Positions 1-8,462 of a stretch of 64,000 bases of DNA are shown here, in pieces. Within the stretch, counting starts at the first letter, position 1; the number at the start of each line of letters is the position of its first letter. Both the position numbers and the translations under genes were made by a program. Under the pieces are notes generated by a model. It was given only the letters and a program-made list of their open reading frames with translations. It had not been told where the DNA came from and searched no databases. The stretch is from a virus: IMG/VR virus record IMGVR_UViG_3300010399_000002, positions 32,001 through 96,000 of that record. The stretch is one strand, 5' to 3'.

Positions 1-1843
1 CATCTGCAACTAATCTTGTATCCTTCTTTTGCAAACGTAGTAACTTAGCTGCCAACCTTTTGTGCTTTTCCGTCAGTGACTCAACCTTCTTCTTACACAA
101 ACCTGTACGCCTGATTGAACCTTCCACAGACTCCAAATGCTTGTTAGCTTCCAAAATTACTGCTAACAACGATTGTTCCTCAGTAAACAGTTCCTGAAAA
201 CGCTCTTGCAACACAACCGCCTCGGCCTTGACTTCGTCCTGAGCCTTGGTAAAGCGTTCTAAATTGAGGAACTTGCACAAGATGTCTTTCCGTTCTCGAT
301 CTGAACCTCCGAGTATGCGCGTGACCTCATGTTGGTCAATATACATTACGTTACGCAGCATCTCCCACGTCAAACCGGTCAAGGTCTCGAGTAACGTCTG
401 CGTACCTTTCATTCCTATACCGGTTGAAACGTCCTTACCTTCAACAGAGAGCTTCAAGCCCTTGGGCTTGCGTCCGCGGAACACCTCACACCTTCGCCCA
501 CCAGAAATCTCGAACTCCAACTTGACCCACGATGGAGTACCGTCCTTCCGACCTTGCCTCGACCAGGCATCGTGCTGCTGACCTTTGATATTCTTACCGA
601 ACAACGCAACTGATGGTAACGCCAGAAGATTACTCTTACCTGCCCCGTTTGAAGCTCCGGGCATATCTTCGTTGCGACCCGTCACTAGAGTAATGCCACG
701 ATGAGTGTAATCTAACTCGAGTTTCTTGAAGCTTAGAAAATTCCGAGCTGTGCCTCGTAGAAGTTTTAGACCTGGCTCCGATCTGATCAACTGTCCTACC
801 ACAGACAGTTTGTGAAGTATATAAGCAGTAATCTCTTCAACGCGATTCGACAGATCCGGTAATACAGTCTTCCGAACATAGGACTCGATGAGAGCTTTGT
901 CCGTTGCCCCTTCTACATCAAGATGATCCTTACTGCTGTCTAGGAACTCCGGCACTACAACGATGGACGCCTCAGGATACTTCTTCTCAGCCTGAAGCTT
1001 GGTACGATTGATGAACTGACCTATGTCTGGTACCGACTGATCACAGGCAACATGGACTCGAACTGTGTGACCTTTCCAACTCGATGGTCTTTTGAATCCC
1101 GGTAACGACGGATCGTACAACCTGGACATGTTGGACGAAATAGGCTGAATGGTCTTTGCTGTGGTATCGACTAGTAAGTAACCCTTTCTTTGGTTTGCTT
1201 CTCCCCAATCGTGTACAAACGGTGAACCTACATACCAGACGTTACGGAACGGCACCTGGAACTGTTGCTGAAAATGTATGTGTCCGCCGATTACGTACAA
1301 GAAGCTTTTGGGGCACAAATCCGAAACTCGTATTGGAGCGCCTTTGGCTCTCGTCTGAACGTTGAACCTGCACTGATCGAGTTCGTTGTGAAAAACCAGT
1401 ATGTCTCGATCTGGATTAGACTGTTCTGCAAAAGACTTAGCGGCCTTGATGACCTCCTCACTGTCTGAACTAAACGGTAGAAGATACAACTTACAGACAC
1501 CTGTTTGTAACATGACTGTGTCTGGCCTAGTTATAACGTAGGCACCCGCAGACTCGAGTGCTGGAAACCAGGTATCTGCTGAACTGTGCATCCCCGTTCG
1601 ATCGTGATTACCCATCAGAACTATGAAATGGATGTTACGAGCATTGAAGTACCTGCACGCCCATACCCCAAAGTTTACTACACGTACTCCAACCGGATCG
1701 TAGCTTTGTTTTACATCTCCGCAATGGACCACAACCTTGCAGCCTTCTCGCTTGCAGATTCGAACCAGTTGCTTAACAACAGACTCACAGCGATCCAGAT
1801 TACTATAATCTGCCTGCCAATCCGAACTGAATAGAATCTTCAC
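1..1843 (-). CDS. Fused SbcD(Mre11)-SbcC(Rad50) nuclease-ATPase, 3' end outside the window
   Basis: Not in the ORF track because it has no stop in the window. Hand translation from GTG 1843 gives MKILFSSDWQ..HCGDV..LMGNHD..FHNE..GGHIH..YVGSP (metallophosphoesterase). The same frame continues into LKLLRGTARNFLSF..VTGRNEDMPGASNGAGKS (Walker A near 632-655), YIDQ (Q-loop) and coiled coil. Confidence 0.88.
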   Translation of the reverse strand, partial: MKILFSSDWQADYSNLDRCESVVKQLVRICKREGCKVVVHCGDVKQSYDPVGVRVVNFGVWACRYFNARNIHFIVLMGNHDRTGMHSSADTWFPALESAGAYVITRPDTVMLQTGVCKLYLLPFSSDSEEVIKAAKSFAEQSNPDRDILVFHNELDQCRFNVQTRAKGAPIRVSDLCPKSFLYVIGGHIHFQQQFQVPFRNVWYVGSPFVHDWGEANQRKGYLLVDTTAKTIQPISSNMSRLYDPSLPGFKRPSSWKGHTVRVHVACDQSVPDIGQFINRTKLQAEKKYPEASIVVVPEFLDSSKDHLDVEGATDKALIESYVRKTVLPDLSNRVEEITAYILHKLSVVGQLIRSEPGLKLLRGTARNFLSFKKLELDYTHRGITLVTGRNEDMPGASNGAGKSNLLALPSVALFGKNIKGQQHDAWSRQGRKDGTPSWVKLEFEISGGRRCEVFRGRKPKGLKLSVEGKDVSTGIGMKGTQTLLETLTGLTWEMLRNVMYIDQHEVTRILGGSDRERKDILCKFLNLERFTKAQDEVKAEAVVLQERFQELFTEEQSLLAVILEANKHLESVEGSIRRTGLCKKKVESLTEKHKRLAAKLLRLQKKDTRLVAD

Positions 1844-2064
1844 AACAAGTTCTTCCAGTTCTCGATCTCGTAAACCTTTTCGATGGAGTCTAACTGTTCA
1901 CCTGCATCGTAGACACCTTCAAAATTCCAACCATACCATTCCTTGTTAAAACGGCCGAGATACAACTCACTGTTGCTCACAACAAGATACAACTTGCCTT
2001 TACGGATGTGGGCGTTCTTGTTGGTACCGTTTAGTGGTATTGATTTTAGCTTGATTGCAGCCAT
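1840..2064 (-). CDS. Hypothetical protein (start probably MAAIK, ATG 2064)
   Basis: Its stop overlaps the SbcD-C GTG (GTGA coupling). The longer start in the track lies inside repeat copy 1. Confidence 0.6.
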   Translation of the reverse strand: MAAIKLKSIPLNGTNKNAHIRKGKLYLVVSNSELYLGRFNKEWYGWNFEGVYDAGEQLDSIEKVYEIENWKNLL

Positions 2065-2081
2065 GTAAACACCTTTTGGGA

Positions 2082-2165
2082 ACTCGTGGGGACTGTCAGG
2101 CACTTGTCTTGCGGTTCAAGTGGTAGTTGGGGATGGTTTTCATAGGCAACTCGTTAGAGAGACTG
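2082..2165. repeat. Dispersed conserved element, copy 1 of 6
   Basis: actcgtggggaCTGTCAGGCACT-N15-GTGGTAGTTGGggatGGTTTT..tcgttagagagactg; abuts the stop of 2166..2636. Confidence 0.9.
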
Positions 2166-2636
2166 TCACCTCGTATTTACAAATACCTCAACTCGAGCCT
2201 CCGCTACCTTCATACGATCTATCAATCTCTGCACCGCTACCGCTAACAACGGATGACTGATTCCTGTTTGGCTTTCGATGGCAACACTCGTAGCTGCAAT
2301 GTACTCGCGAAGTTCTTTCAACGGATTGCACCAAGTACCTTCACCTGGACGCTGACGGTGTTCCCAAAAGCGCTCACACTCAGACAGGAACTCTTCACGA
2401 CTTGGCAGAGACGTATCTGCTTCGACTCCATCACCAAGCACTGCATACAAACGATCATCGTCCAAATGACAGCGTTGATGACCTTTCTCACCACGATGTT
2501 CTTCTACAGCCTTGCGAAGAGTGATGAAGTCTTCGCACAACTTACTTAAATTTGGCCTCAGTATGGTAGCACCACGACCAACCCATTCCGACAACTCTTC
2601 AACTTGATCTATGGTAAACATCAAGACTCCTTCCAC
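2166..2636 (-). CDS. Hypothetical phage protein
   Basis: 156-aa ORF in operon orientation; RCHLDDDRLY..LP..EEFL..C.RF motif. Confidence 0.65.
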   Translation of the reverse strand: MEGVLMFTIDQVEELSEWVGRGATILRPNLSKLCEDFITLRKAVEEHRGEKGHQRCHLDDDRLYAVLGDGVEADTSLPSREEFLSECERFWEHRQRPGEGTWCNPLKELREYIAATSVAIESQTGISHPLLAVAVQRLIDRMKVAEARVEVFVNTR

Positions 2637-2836
2637 CTCTTACCGTGCCTGATCTCAGATACGTGACCTGGATTTAGATGAAGCTTTTTGGCCAATGCCT
2701 TCGTACCGAGATCACTCGTACGAATCATTTGTACCATTTCCAAATTTATCTTGGCACTCGGATTCCTTGCGCCTTTGTGTCTGTATGCCTTACTCGGCCA
2801 CGGAGACAGATTCACCTTAAAACCTCCCGCACGCAC
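2621..2836 (-). CDS. Small HTH protein resembling the C-terminal DNA-binding module of phage HNH endonucleases
   Basis: KGARNPSAKINLEMVQMIR..TKALAKKLHLNPGHVSEIRHGKRW. Confidence 0.55.
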   Translation of the reverse strand: MRAGGFKVNLSPWPSKAYRHKGARNPSAKINLEMVQMIRTSDLGTKALAKKLHLNPGHVSEIRHGKRWKES

Positions 2837-3797
2837 GATAAAGAGCGGACACTACCTTAACATGAAGTACAAAATCATCGGGTGCCCAAGCATTGGCTAA
2901 CTCATCGATACATCGAGCAACGTCGACAAGTTTAGCCGACGGCTTGGGATTCAACAGAATACTGCGCAAGTAACCCAAAGCTGCGGCCCGCAGCGCCTTG
3001 GCATCTTCTGCACTGGAATTTTGGATCTCGCGTCGAACTGCTGGCCAGTCACCTCGCAACATGGACTGACAAACTCGCAACGTATCAATCGCGCAATCTG
3101 TACCTCGTATCGCTGACTCTGGATCTTCACCGGCCGCGTACTTCTCAAGTGCATTCAACAACAAACCGGGAGACGAGAGACCTTGTTGATTAGCTTGCTC
3201 GATCAGCAACCCTATCTCGCGTTTCAACGAAATCTTATCGGCTGCGTACGTCAAGAACTTCTCTACGTCTGTAGGACGCAGCGCCTGCATCGTGTAGACC
3301 ATACAACGACGACGTAGCGTACGAAGGATCTTGTCCGGCTCGGTCGTGCACACGATCCAAACTGTCGTTCTGGGAGCTTCCTCAAAATACTTGAGTAACA
3401 GATTCTGTGCGGCTGAAGATATTCGCTGCGCTTCGTCAAGTATATAGACCCGACGACGAGTCGGAGATATAGGCGCATACTGCGATCCAACTGCTATCTC
3501 ACGAATGTCGTCGACACCGGATATGTCCCCGGCATTGATCTCATGGATCTGGAACTTACTGCTGTTCTTGAGACACAGACTGCACGGATCACCAAACTCG
3601 TTATGAGTGCAATTCAAACTCGTAGCTAGTATCCTGGCAATGGTAGTCTTGCCCGATCCGCTTTGCCCGATGAACATCCAAGCTCTGGGCATGCGTCCGG
3701 TAGCAGCCTGAGACTTGATGGCTGCAATAACCTTTGACTGGCCGTACAAGCCTTTAAATGATCTCGGCCTGAGAGATAAAGCTAAGACTCTAGTCAT
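2817..3797 (-). CDS. dnaX: Clamp loader AAA+ subunit, DNA polymerase III gamma/tau-like
   Basis: LRPRSF..LYGQ; Walker A GQSGSGKTT; LNC..PCSLC; EINA..GVDDIR; ILDEAQ; AQNLLLK..EE; TLRRRC. Confidence 0.92.
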   Translation of the reverse strand: MTRVLALSLRPRSFKGLYGQSKVIAAIKSQAATGRMPRAWMFIGQSGSGKTTIARILATSLNCTHNEFGDPCSLCLKNSSKFQIHEINAGDISGVDDIREIAVGSQYAPISPTRRRVYILDEAQRISSAAQNLLLKYFEEAPRTTVWIVCTTEPDKILRTLRRRCMVYTMQALRPTDVEKFLTYAADKISLKREIGLLIEQANQQGLSSPGLLLNALEKYAAGEDPESAIRGTDCAIDTLRVCQSMLRGDWPAVRREIQNSSAEDAKALRAAALGYLRSILLNPKPSAKLVDVARCIDELANAWAPDDFVLHVKVVSALYRACGRF

Positions 3798-3987
3798 TGG
3801 AATGAGGTGCTAGGTATCCTTTGGGCTCGTCCACCTTTGGCTTATTGTCTTCTAAACACGCATACACTAACAAACACAAAAACGAAAACGCCAGCCAATA
3901 CTCGACCCTAACCGGATAACCGTGTACAAAAGAACCTGCTAACGCTCGACTGAAAGCTGCAATGCCTAACCATCTCAAAGTGTACAT
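3790..3987 (-). CDS. Small membrane protein
   Basis: Two hydrophobic segments; fills the gap between adjacent genes. Confidence 0.5.
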   Translation of the reverse strand: MYTLRWLGIAAFSRALAGSFVHGYPVRVEYWLAFSFLCLLVYACLEDNKPKVDEPKGYLAPHSND

Positions 3988-3990
3988 GTC

Positions 3991-4842
3991 TCAACCTCTC
4001 TTGGAAATCAAAACTCGATCTGGATGTCTCCAGTATCTGCGAAAAAAGTGCTTAGTGGAAAATCGTGTGCGCCCGCCTTTACCGGACTGAAGTATTAAAC
4101 CGTGTTGGCCGTAGCGACCTAGAAACATCTTTCGAGACAACTCCATCATCTCTTTACCGCCGGAACGCCTGGACTCCTCTAGAGTCTTTATGGTCGTATA
4201 CTTACCAGATACAACCTCACGCAAAACAACTGTGGTACAAACGTAACAAGCCCAACCGGCTATAACTGCATCTGCTACAAACATACCGTCCTCGCCGGCG
4301 AAGCCTTTATCCAAAGTCTCTTGAAAGAAAATCTTGTCTTTCGAAACCGGACGGCGCAGAACGTACATGGAACCTTTGATAGATAGCCCGCACTTACGAA
4401 GCTCTATATTTTTTCTGTACAACGGATCTGTCAACCTCTTACTAAACGGTTCGTTTCTCGGGTCTAATGGAACCCAAATGTCTACACCAGACCAACGAGC
4501 GGAAAACTTTTGCATATGTGCAAAGATCGTAGGCCCATCCTGGTGCTGGTACAGCATTGCATCGTTGTCTAACAACAATCCCCACTCATCTGAACTCCTG
4601 TAAAACTCTTTAAGCAACTCGTTACGAGCAAAACCTGGCAGAAGTAGTGGGCTACTCTTGGAACGAACCTTGTAGACTGGTCCTTTGCGAAACCATTCTT
4701 CTTTGTAACGCTGAGCTAGAATATGAACAGGACTTTTGGGAAGCACTTGACTAAGCCACTTCAACTGAATGTCGTGCTCACGTACGCGACGTTCTTGTAC
4801 TGCAGGATCTTCACCCATGTACGAGATAATCATGACTCGCAT
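3991..4842 (-). CDS. GT-A-fold glycosyltransferase-like protein in the replication module
   Basis: ARNELLKEF..DEWGLLLDNDA (DxD) and a later GED motif. Confidence 0.6.
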   Translation of the reverse strand: MRVMIISYMGEDPAVQERRVREHDIQLKWLSQVLPKSPVHILAQRYKEEWFRKGPVYKVRSKSSPLLLPGFARNELLKEFYRSSDEWGLLLDNDAMLYQHQDGPTIFAHMQKFSARWSGVDIWVPLDPRNEPFSKRLTDPLYRKNIELRKCGLSIKGSMYVLRRPVSKDKIFFQETLDKGFAGEDGMFVADAVIAGWACYVCTTVVLREVVSGKYTTIKTLEESRRSGGKEMMELSRKMFLGRYGQHGLILQSGKGGRTRFSTKHFFRRYWRHPDRVLISKRG

Positions 4843-5790
4843 TTAGCTTGATCCTTTCTCTTCGGCTTTCAACATGGCTGCGTCCACCCACTTAGTACTA
4901 CGCTTACCGTCAAAGTAGATCTTGTAGCCGCACCTGCTACCTTCCACACCGCCGGCCTTGTTCTTCAGATTGGTAATGATGCCCTTTAAACCAACGATCT
5001 TGCCGGACTTCATTAACCGCCCACCTTTTGTCCTGCGTACAATGGAACGGATATGACAATAGAATTTCAAAGCCTTTCCTCCGGGCGTATACTCGGGATT
5101 ACCGAACGCCACACCTGGAGCAATGCGTACTTGGTTGATAAAGACTCCTAACACATTGTATGACTCGAAAAGACCTGTCCAGCGGCGCAGCAACTTACCG
5201 AGAAACTGAGGTAAGGCCATTTGCGTACGCATGTTTTGTCCGGATACACCGGCAGCAGCCTCGATCTCCGTCAACAATGCTACTACTGAATCGGTGACCA
5301 GAAAAATCTTCTCTATACCCCGATGGTGCTTGCGAGACATGAGGAGCTCTACTTCTTCACACAACTCTTCGGCTGTGCTTAAACGAACTTGACCTTTAAC
5401 GTCACCTTCCTCTTCCTCACTAACCTCGGCCTGTCTCTTCTTAGACTTACGTGCAAACTTACCTACATACGGATGAACTACCACAACCTGACTTGTATCC
5501 AAACCACGAAGCTTACACCACGTCTCATCATACGAGTTCTCGGCATCAAACCATATTACTTCAGCTCCATCTTGTTGTGCTAAAGCAGCTAACTCTAGAG
5601 CTATAGCTGTTTTGCCGTGAGACTCGTGTCCGGAAAGTTCGACCATCTTACCGTATGGAATACCGCGTGGGGAGCCCAAAGCGATATTCAACTCCGGACT
5701 CCCTGTATCGAGCCAGCACTTAGGGGCCCAATCGGTCGTGTAGTGCTTCAGCTTCTTACGAATAAGCGCCAGCTCTTTCGCGGCATCCAT
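4843..5790 (-). CDS. recA: RecA/UvsX recombinase
   Basis: LDTGS..LNIALG..GIPYGKMVELSGHESHGKT; FDAEN; DSV.AL; FINQVR; TPGGKALKFY; KNK. Confidence 0.95.
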   Translation of the reverse strand: MDAAKELALIRKKLKHYTTDWAPKCWLDTGSPELNIALGSPRGIPYGKMVELSGHESHGKTAIALELAALAQQDGAEVIWFDAENSYDETWCKLRGLDTSQVVVVHPYVGKFARKSKKRQAEVSEEEEGDVKGQVRLSTAEELCEEVELLMSRKHHRGIEKIFLVTDSVVALLTEIEAAAGVSGQNMRTQMALPQFLGKLLRRWTGLFESYNVLGVFINQVRIAPGVAFGNPEYTPGGKALKFYCHIRSIVRRTKGGRLMKSGKIVGLKGIITNLKNKAGGVEGSRCGYKIYFDGKRSTKWVDAAMLKAEEKGSS

Positions 5791-5792
5791 GA

Positions 5793-7010
5793 CTATTTCC
5801 TCACCTTCTTCTTGACTACCTTCTTCTTGGGAGGCTCCTCTTCCTCGTCGTCTTCTTCCGACTCTTCTTCCGGTTCCTCTTCTTCCTCGTCCTCTTCTTC
5901 GTCCTCGTCCTTAGCTACCTTCTTTTTTGGCTTCGGACCGGGTTTCTTTTTCTTGGGAGGCTCTTCCTCTTCTTCATCTTCTTCTTCGTCTTCTTCGGGT
6001 TCCTCTTCTTCCTCGTCCTCTGACTCTTCGTCTTCCGGCTCAGGTTTCTTTTTCTTCTTTACTGGTTTCTTCTTGGACAGAGGCTCTTCCTCATCTTCTT
6101 CATCCTCATCTTCGTCTTCTTCTGGTTCCTCTTCCTCGTCCTCTGACTCTTCGTCTTCCTCCTCGTCCTTAGCTACCTTCTTTTTTGGCTTCGGACCGGG
6201 TTTCTTTTTCTTGGGAGGCTCTTCCTCTTCTTCATCTTCTTCTTCGATTTCTTCCTCACTCTCGTCTTCTTCTTCGTCTTCTTCTGGCTCAGGTTTGGCC
6301 TTACCTTTCACTTTCTTCTTGGACTTGTCATCTTCGTCTTCGTCTAAATCTTCGGTGTCTACATCACGACCGTAATACGCGGCCTTCTGCACTTCCTCGT
6401 CGTAGGCATCGATGAGATTGTCGATAGGCTTCAACGACGCCATAATGGTCTTCGGAACGGCAGACGGATCGTCGTCCGGCTCGATGGTCCCGTACCGAGT
6501 GTTCTTCCAATCCGTACCAGTACGAGACAGGTTGATATTGCGACCCTTCTTAGCATCACTGTAGTCCTTCTTTGTACTGGACAGCAAAGCCAACACCGCA
6601 GTACTGAGAGATCGAGCTCCGCCGGTGGATACAAACCAGAGCAACGGGCCGCGCCACTTATCGGAGGCCTGATCAAGATAGATAACTTGGACAACGAACT
6701 GTTCTTTCGGCGCGAGTGCTTTTGCGATATTGATCTTGGCCCGCTTCTTGGATTTCTCCAGTGCGGGAATGATCTCATCGCACAACCAGCACTCGCCTTC
6801 CTTGGTATCGAACTCCTTCCCGCAACGGGCCATCTTCTTATCCGGACCAACGTCGCGATGAACGAGATACTCTGTGTACGGGGCATATTCCGGCCCTCGC
6901 GGATCGGGAAGGATACGAAACGTGTTCTCTCCCTCAGTCAGTTTGTACGTTTTGCCTTGAGACTTCTCACGTACTCTGTCCTTCGCCTTGTCTTTCCAAC
7001 TACTGGCCAT
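5793..7010 (-). CDS. gp32-like single-stranded DNA-binding protein with a long charged low-complexity tail
   Basis: FRILP..H..C..C.LC zinc motif; GRNINLSRTG...TRY; position between UvsY-like and RecA genes. Confidence 0.8.
   Translation of the reverse strand: MASSWKDKAKDRVREKSQGKTYKLTEGENTFRILPDPRGPEYAPYTEYLVHRDVGPDKKMARCGKEFDTKEGECWLCDEIIPALEKSKKRAKINIAKALAPKEQFVVQVIYLDQASDKWRGPLLWFVSTGGARSLSTAVLALLSSTKKDYSDAKKGRNINLSRTGTDWKNTRYGTIEPDDDPSAVPKTIMASLKPIDNLIDAYDEEVQKAAYYGRDVDTEDLDEDEDDKSKKKVKGKAKPEPEEDEEEDESEEEIEEEDEEEEEPPKKKKPGPKPKKKVAKDEEEDEESEDEEEEPEEDEDEDEEDEEEPLSKKKPVKKKKKPEPEDEESEDEEEEEPEEDEEEDEEEEEPPKKKKPGPKPKKKVAKDEDEEEDEEEEEPEEESEEDDEEEEPPKKKVVKKKVRK
5911..6246. repeat. 258-nt-period internal duplication in the SSB tail
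   Basis: ttagctaccttcttttttggcttcggaccgggtttctttttcttgggaggctc occurs at 5911 and 6169 (PPKKKKPGPKPKKKVAK twice). Confidence 0.9.
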
Positions 7011-7032
7011 CTTGTCTGGTATTATCTCCTTT

Positions 7033-7233
7033 TCAACGTTGTCTTGCTAACTCGACTGTTACCTTACTGGCCTCTGTAACCGTGTAACCTTCGTTGTCAG
7101 TGAAATCGAGTGTTACCTCGACCAGATGATTTTCAACCCGCTCTTCCCACGTTGGTGCGGTGTCGCGAAACGTAACGTCAGCTGGAACCGTGAACTTGAC
7201 CTGCCGAATTACATCATCCTTACTGGCTGCCAC
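7033..7233 (-). CDS. Hypothetical protein (start probably GTG 7233)
   Basis: Strong GGAGGTGA Shine-Dalgarno before GTG. Confidence 0.5.
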   Translation of the reverse strand: MAASKDDVIRQVKFTVPADVTFRDTAPTWEERVENHLVEVTLDFTDNEGYTVTEASKVTVELARQR

Positions 7234-7237
7234 AAAA

Positions 7238-7660
7238 TCACCTCCCCCCTGAAGCAATATGTTCTGCACGTTTTTCTGAAGCAATCTTAGCCGCTGCTTC
7301 CCAACTGTTTGCCCAGATGGGCTCGACACGGTACAACAAACCTTTATACGTACCACCATCAAACTCGCTAGACTCAACCTCTATGGGCACATTCTCAACA
7401 TTCTCAATGTCCTCTTCATATTCCATATTCTCAACACGTGTACAACACGAGCCTTTAAGATCTGGTGGATAGATTATAACTCGAAAACATGCCTTGCCTC
7501 GCTGCACCCACGACGGAGTCTTATTCAACTTCCACACCTCAATGGCTCGATCGACATCGCCAAGCAGATTCATAAATGCCTTAGCTTTTTCTTCGTCATC
7601 GAAAATGCCCCGGATCTGGTAATCGCTGTACGAACCTTGCGTTACAACGTAGAGCTTCAT
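7238..7660 (-). CDS. Hypothetical phage protein
   Basis: MKLYVVTQGSYSDY.I.GIF; ATGA-coupled to the upstream gene. Confidence 0.65.
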   Translation of the reverse strand: MKLYVVTQGSYSDYQIRGIFDDEEKAKAFMNLLGDVDRAIEVWKLNKTPSWVQRGKACFRVIIYPPDLKGSCCTRVENMEYEEDIENVENVPIEVESSEFDGGTYKGLLYRVEPIWANSWEAAAKIASEKRAEHIASGGR

Positions 7661-8151
7661 AACTTGCCTCCCGGATACTTGGCCTTCACCTTCTTGCGAA
7701 GATTGGCCAAATTATCAAAATCGGATTCTTGCAAACGCCCGGCCATGGCGTTCTCAATACCCATGACCTCTTGCACAACTCGCAACGCGGCGGCTCGCTG
7801 CCTGTAAGCCTCTACCAGCAACCTGGAGAACTCGTCGTACTCGGTAGCAGTAGCTACTGCGGCATCGGCCTCTTTGTATTCCCGCTTACCGTATAGCCTA
7901 GCCTGAATCAAGCCTTCGGTTATTCGCGTATCTCCACCTAGAGCTTTCAGATTGGCCCGTATTCTAAGAGACAGAGACGCAGCCACTTCTTTCAAACGAG
8001 ACTCCGCCCGAATACGTTCTCTGAGCTTTCGCACACGGTACCGAGAGGCATTGATAAATAGACGCGGTTGTTCCTTAGCTGCGTCTACAACTCGCTCTTC
8101 GGAAAAATCTAATGCGTTGATTAGTTCTTCGAGATTGATCTTCGTGTCCAC
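7657..8151 (-). CDS. UvsY-like recombination mediator (helical)
   Basis: EQPRLF..YR..KLRE..RITEGLIQARL..EY..LVEAYRQR; context polymerase-UvsY-SSB-RecA; start adjusted to GTG 8151. Confidence 0.55.
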   Translation of the reverse strand: MDTKINLEELINALDFSEERVVDAAKEQPRLFINASRYRVRKLRERIRAESRLKEVAASLSLRIRANLKALGGDTRITEGLIQARLYGKREYKEADAAVATATEYDEFSRLLVEAYRQRAAALRVVQEVMGIENAMAGRLQESDFDNLANLRKKVKAKYPGGKL

Positions 8152-8188
8152 TGGACTGACTCGTTTCTTCGATGGATTTGAATTATAC

Positions 8189-8458
8189 CTAATTTGCCTG
8201 GCCCAACCTGCGTACCTCAGCAGCCAATTCAAAATTTGCCTGGCCCAACCTGCGTACCTCAGCAGCCAATTCAAAAGCATCCAATTCTGGTGCGGAGAGA
8301 ACTGCTACCACCACTCCATTCTTCGTAATAGAAAAGCACTTTCCCATCTGAGCCTGTAGCAGAATGTCACCTGGAGTACGACGAAAATCCATTGCTGTAA
8401 TGGTCTCTTGTTGCCCAGTAAGATCTATACTTTTAGTCAAAGGCTTTCTCATCTGCAA
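8189..8458 (-). CDS. Phd/YefM antitoxin-fold protein
   Basis: ETITAMDFRRTPGDILLQAQMGKCFSITKNGVVVAVL matches the Phd N-terminal pattern. Confidence 0.65.
   Translation of the reverse strand: MQMRKPLTKSIDLTGQQETITAMDFRRTPGDILLQAQMGKCFSITKNGVVVAVLSAPELDAFELAAEVRRLGQANFELAAEVRRLGQAN
8191..8274. repeat. Perfect 42-bp tandem duplication
   Basis: aatttgcctggcccaacctgcgtacctcagcagccaattcaa twice, encoding FELAAEVRRLGQAN twice. Confidence 0.95.
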
Positions 8459-8462
8459 CTCC

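Noticed and set aside
5617-6375. 252-aa Ser/Phe-rich plus-strand ORF (and 5927, 6185)
   Set aside because: Antisense shadow of the GAA/GAG/AAG-rich SSB tail.
8152-8280. LNWLLRYAGWARQI repeat as the N-terminus of the UvsY-like protein
   Set aside because: It is another frame of the 42-bp duplication inside the Phd-like gene; a downstream GTG start is more plausible.
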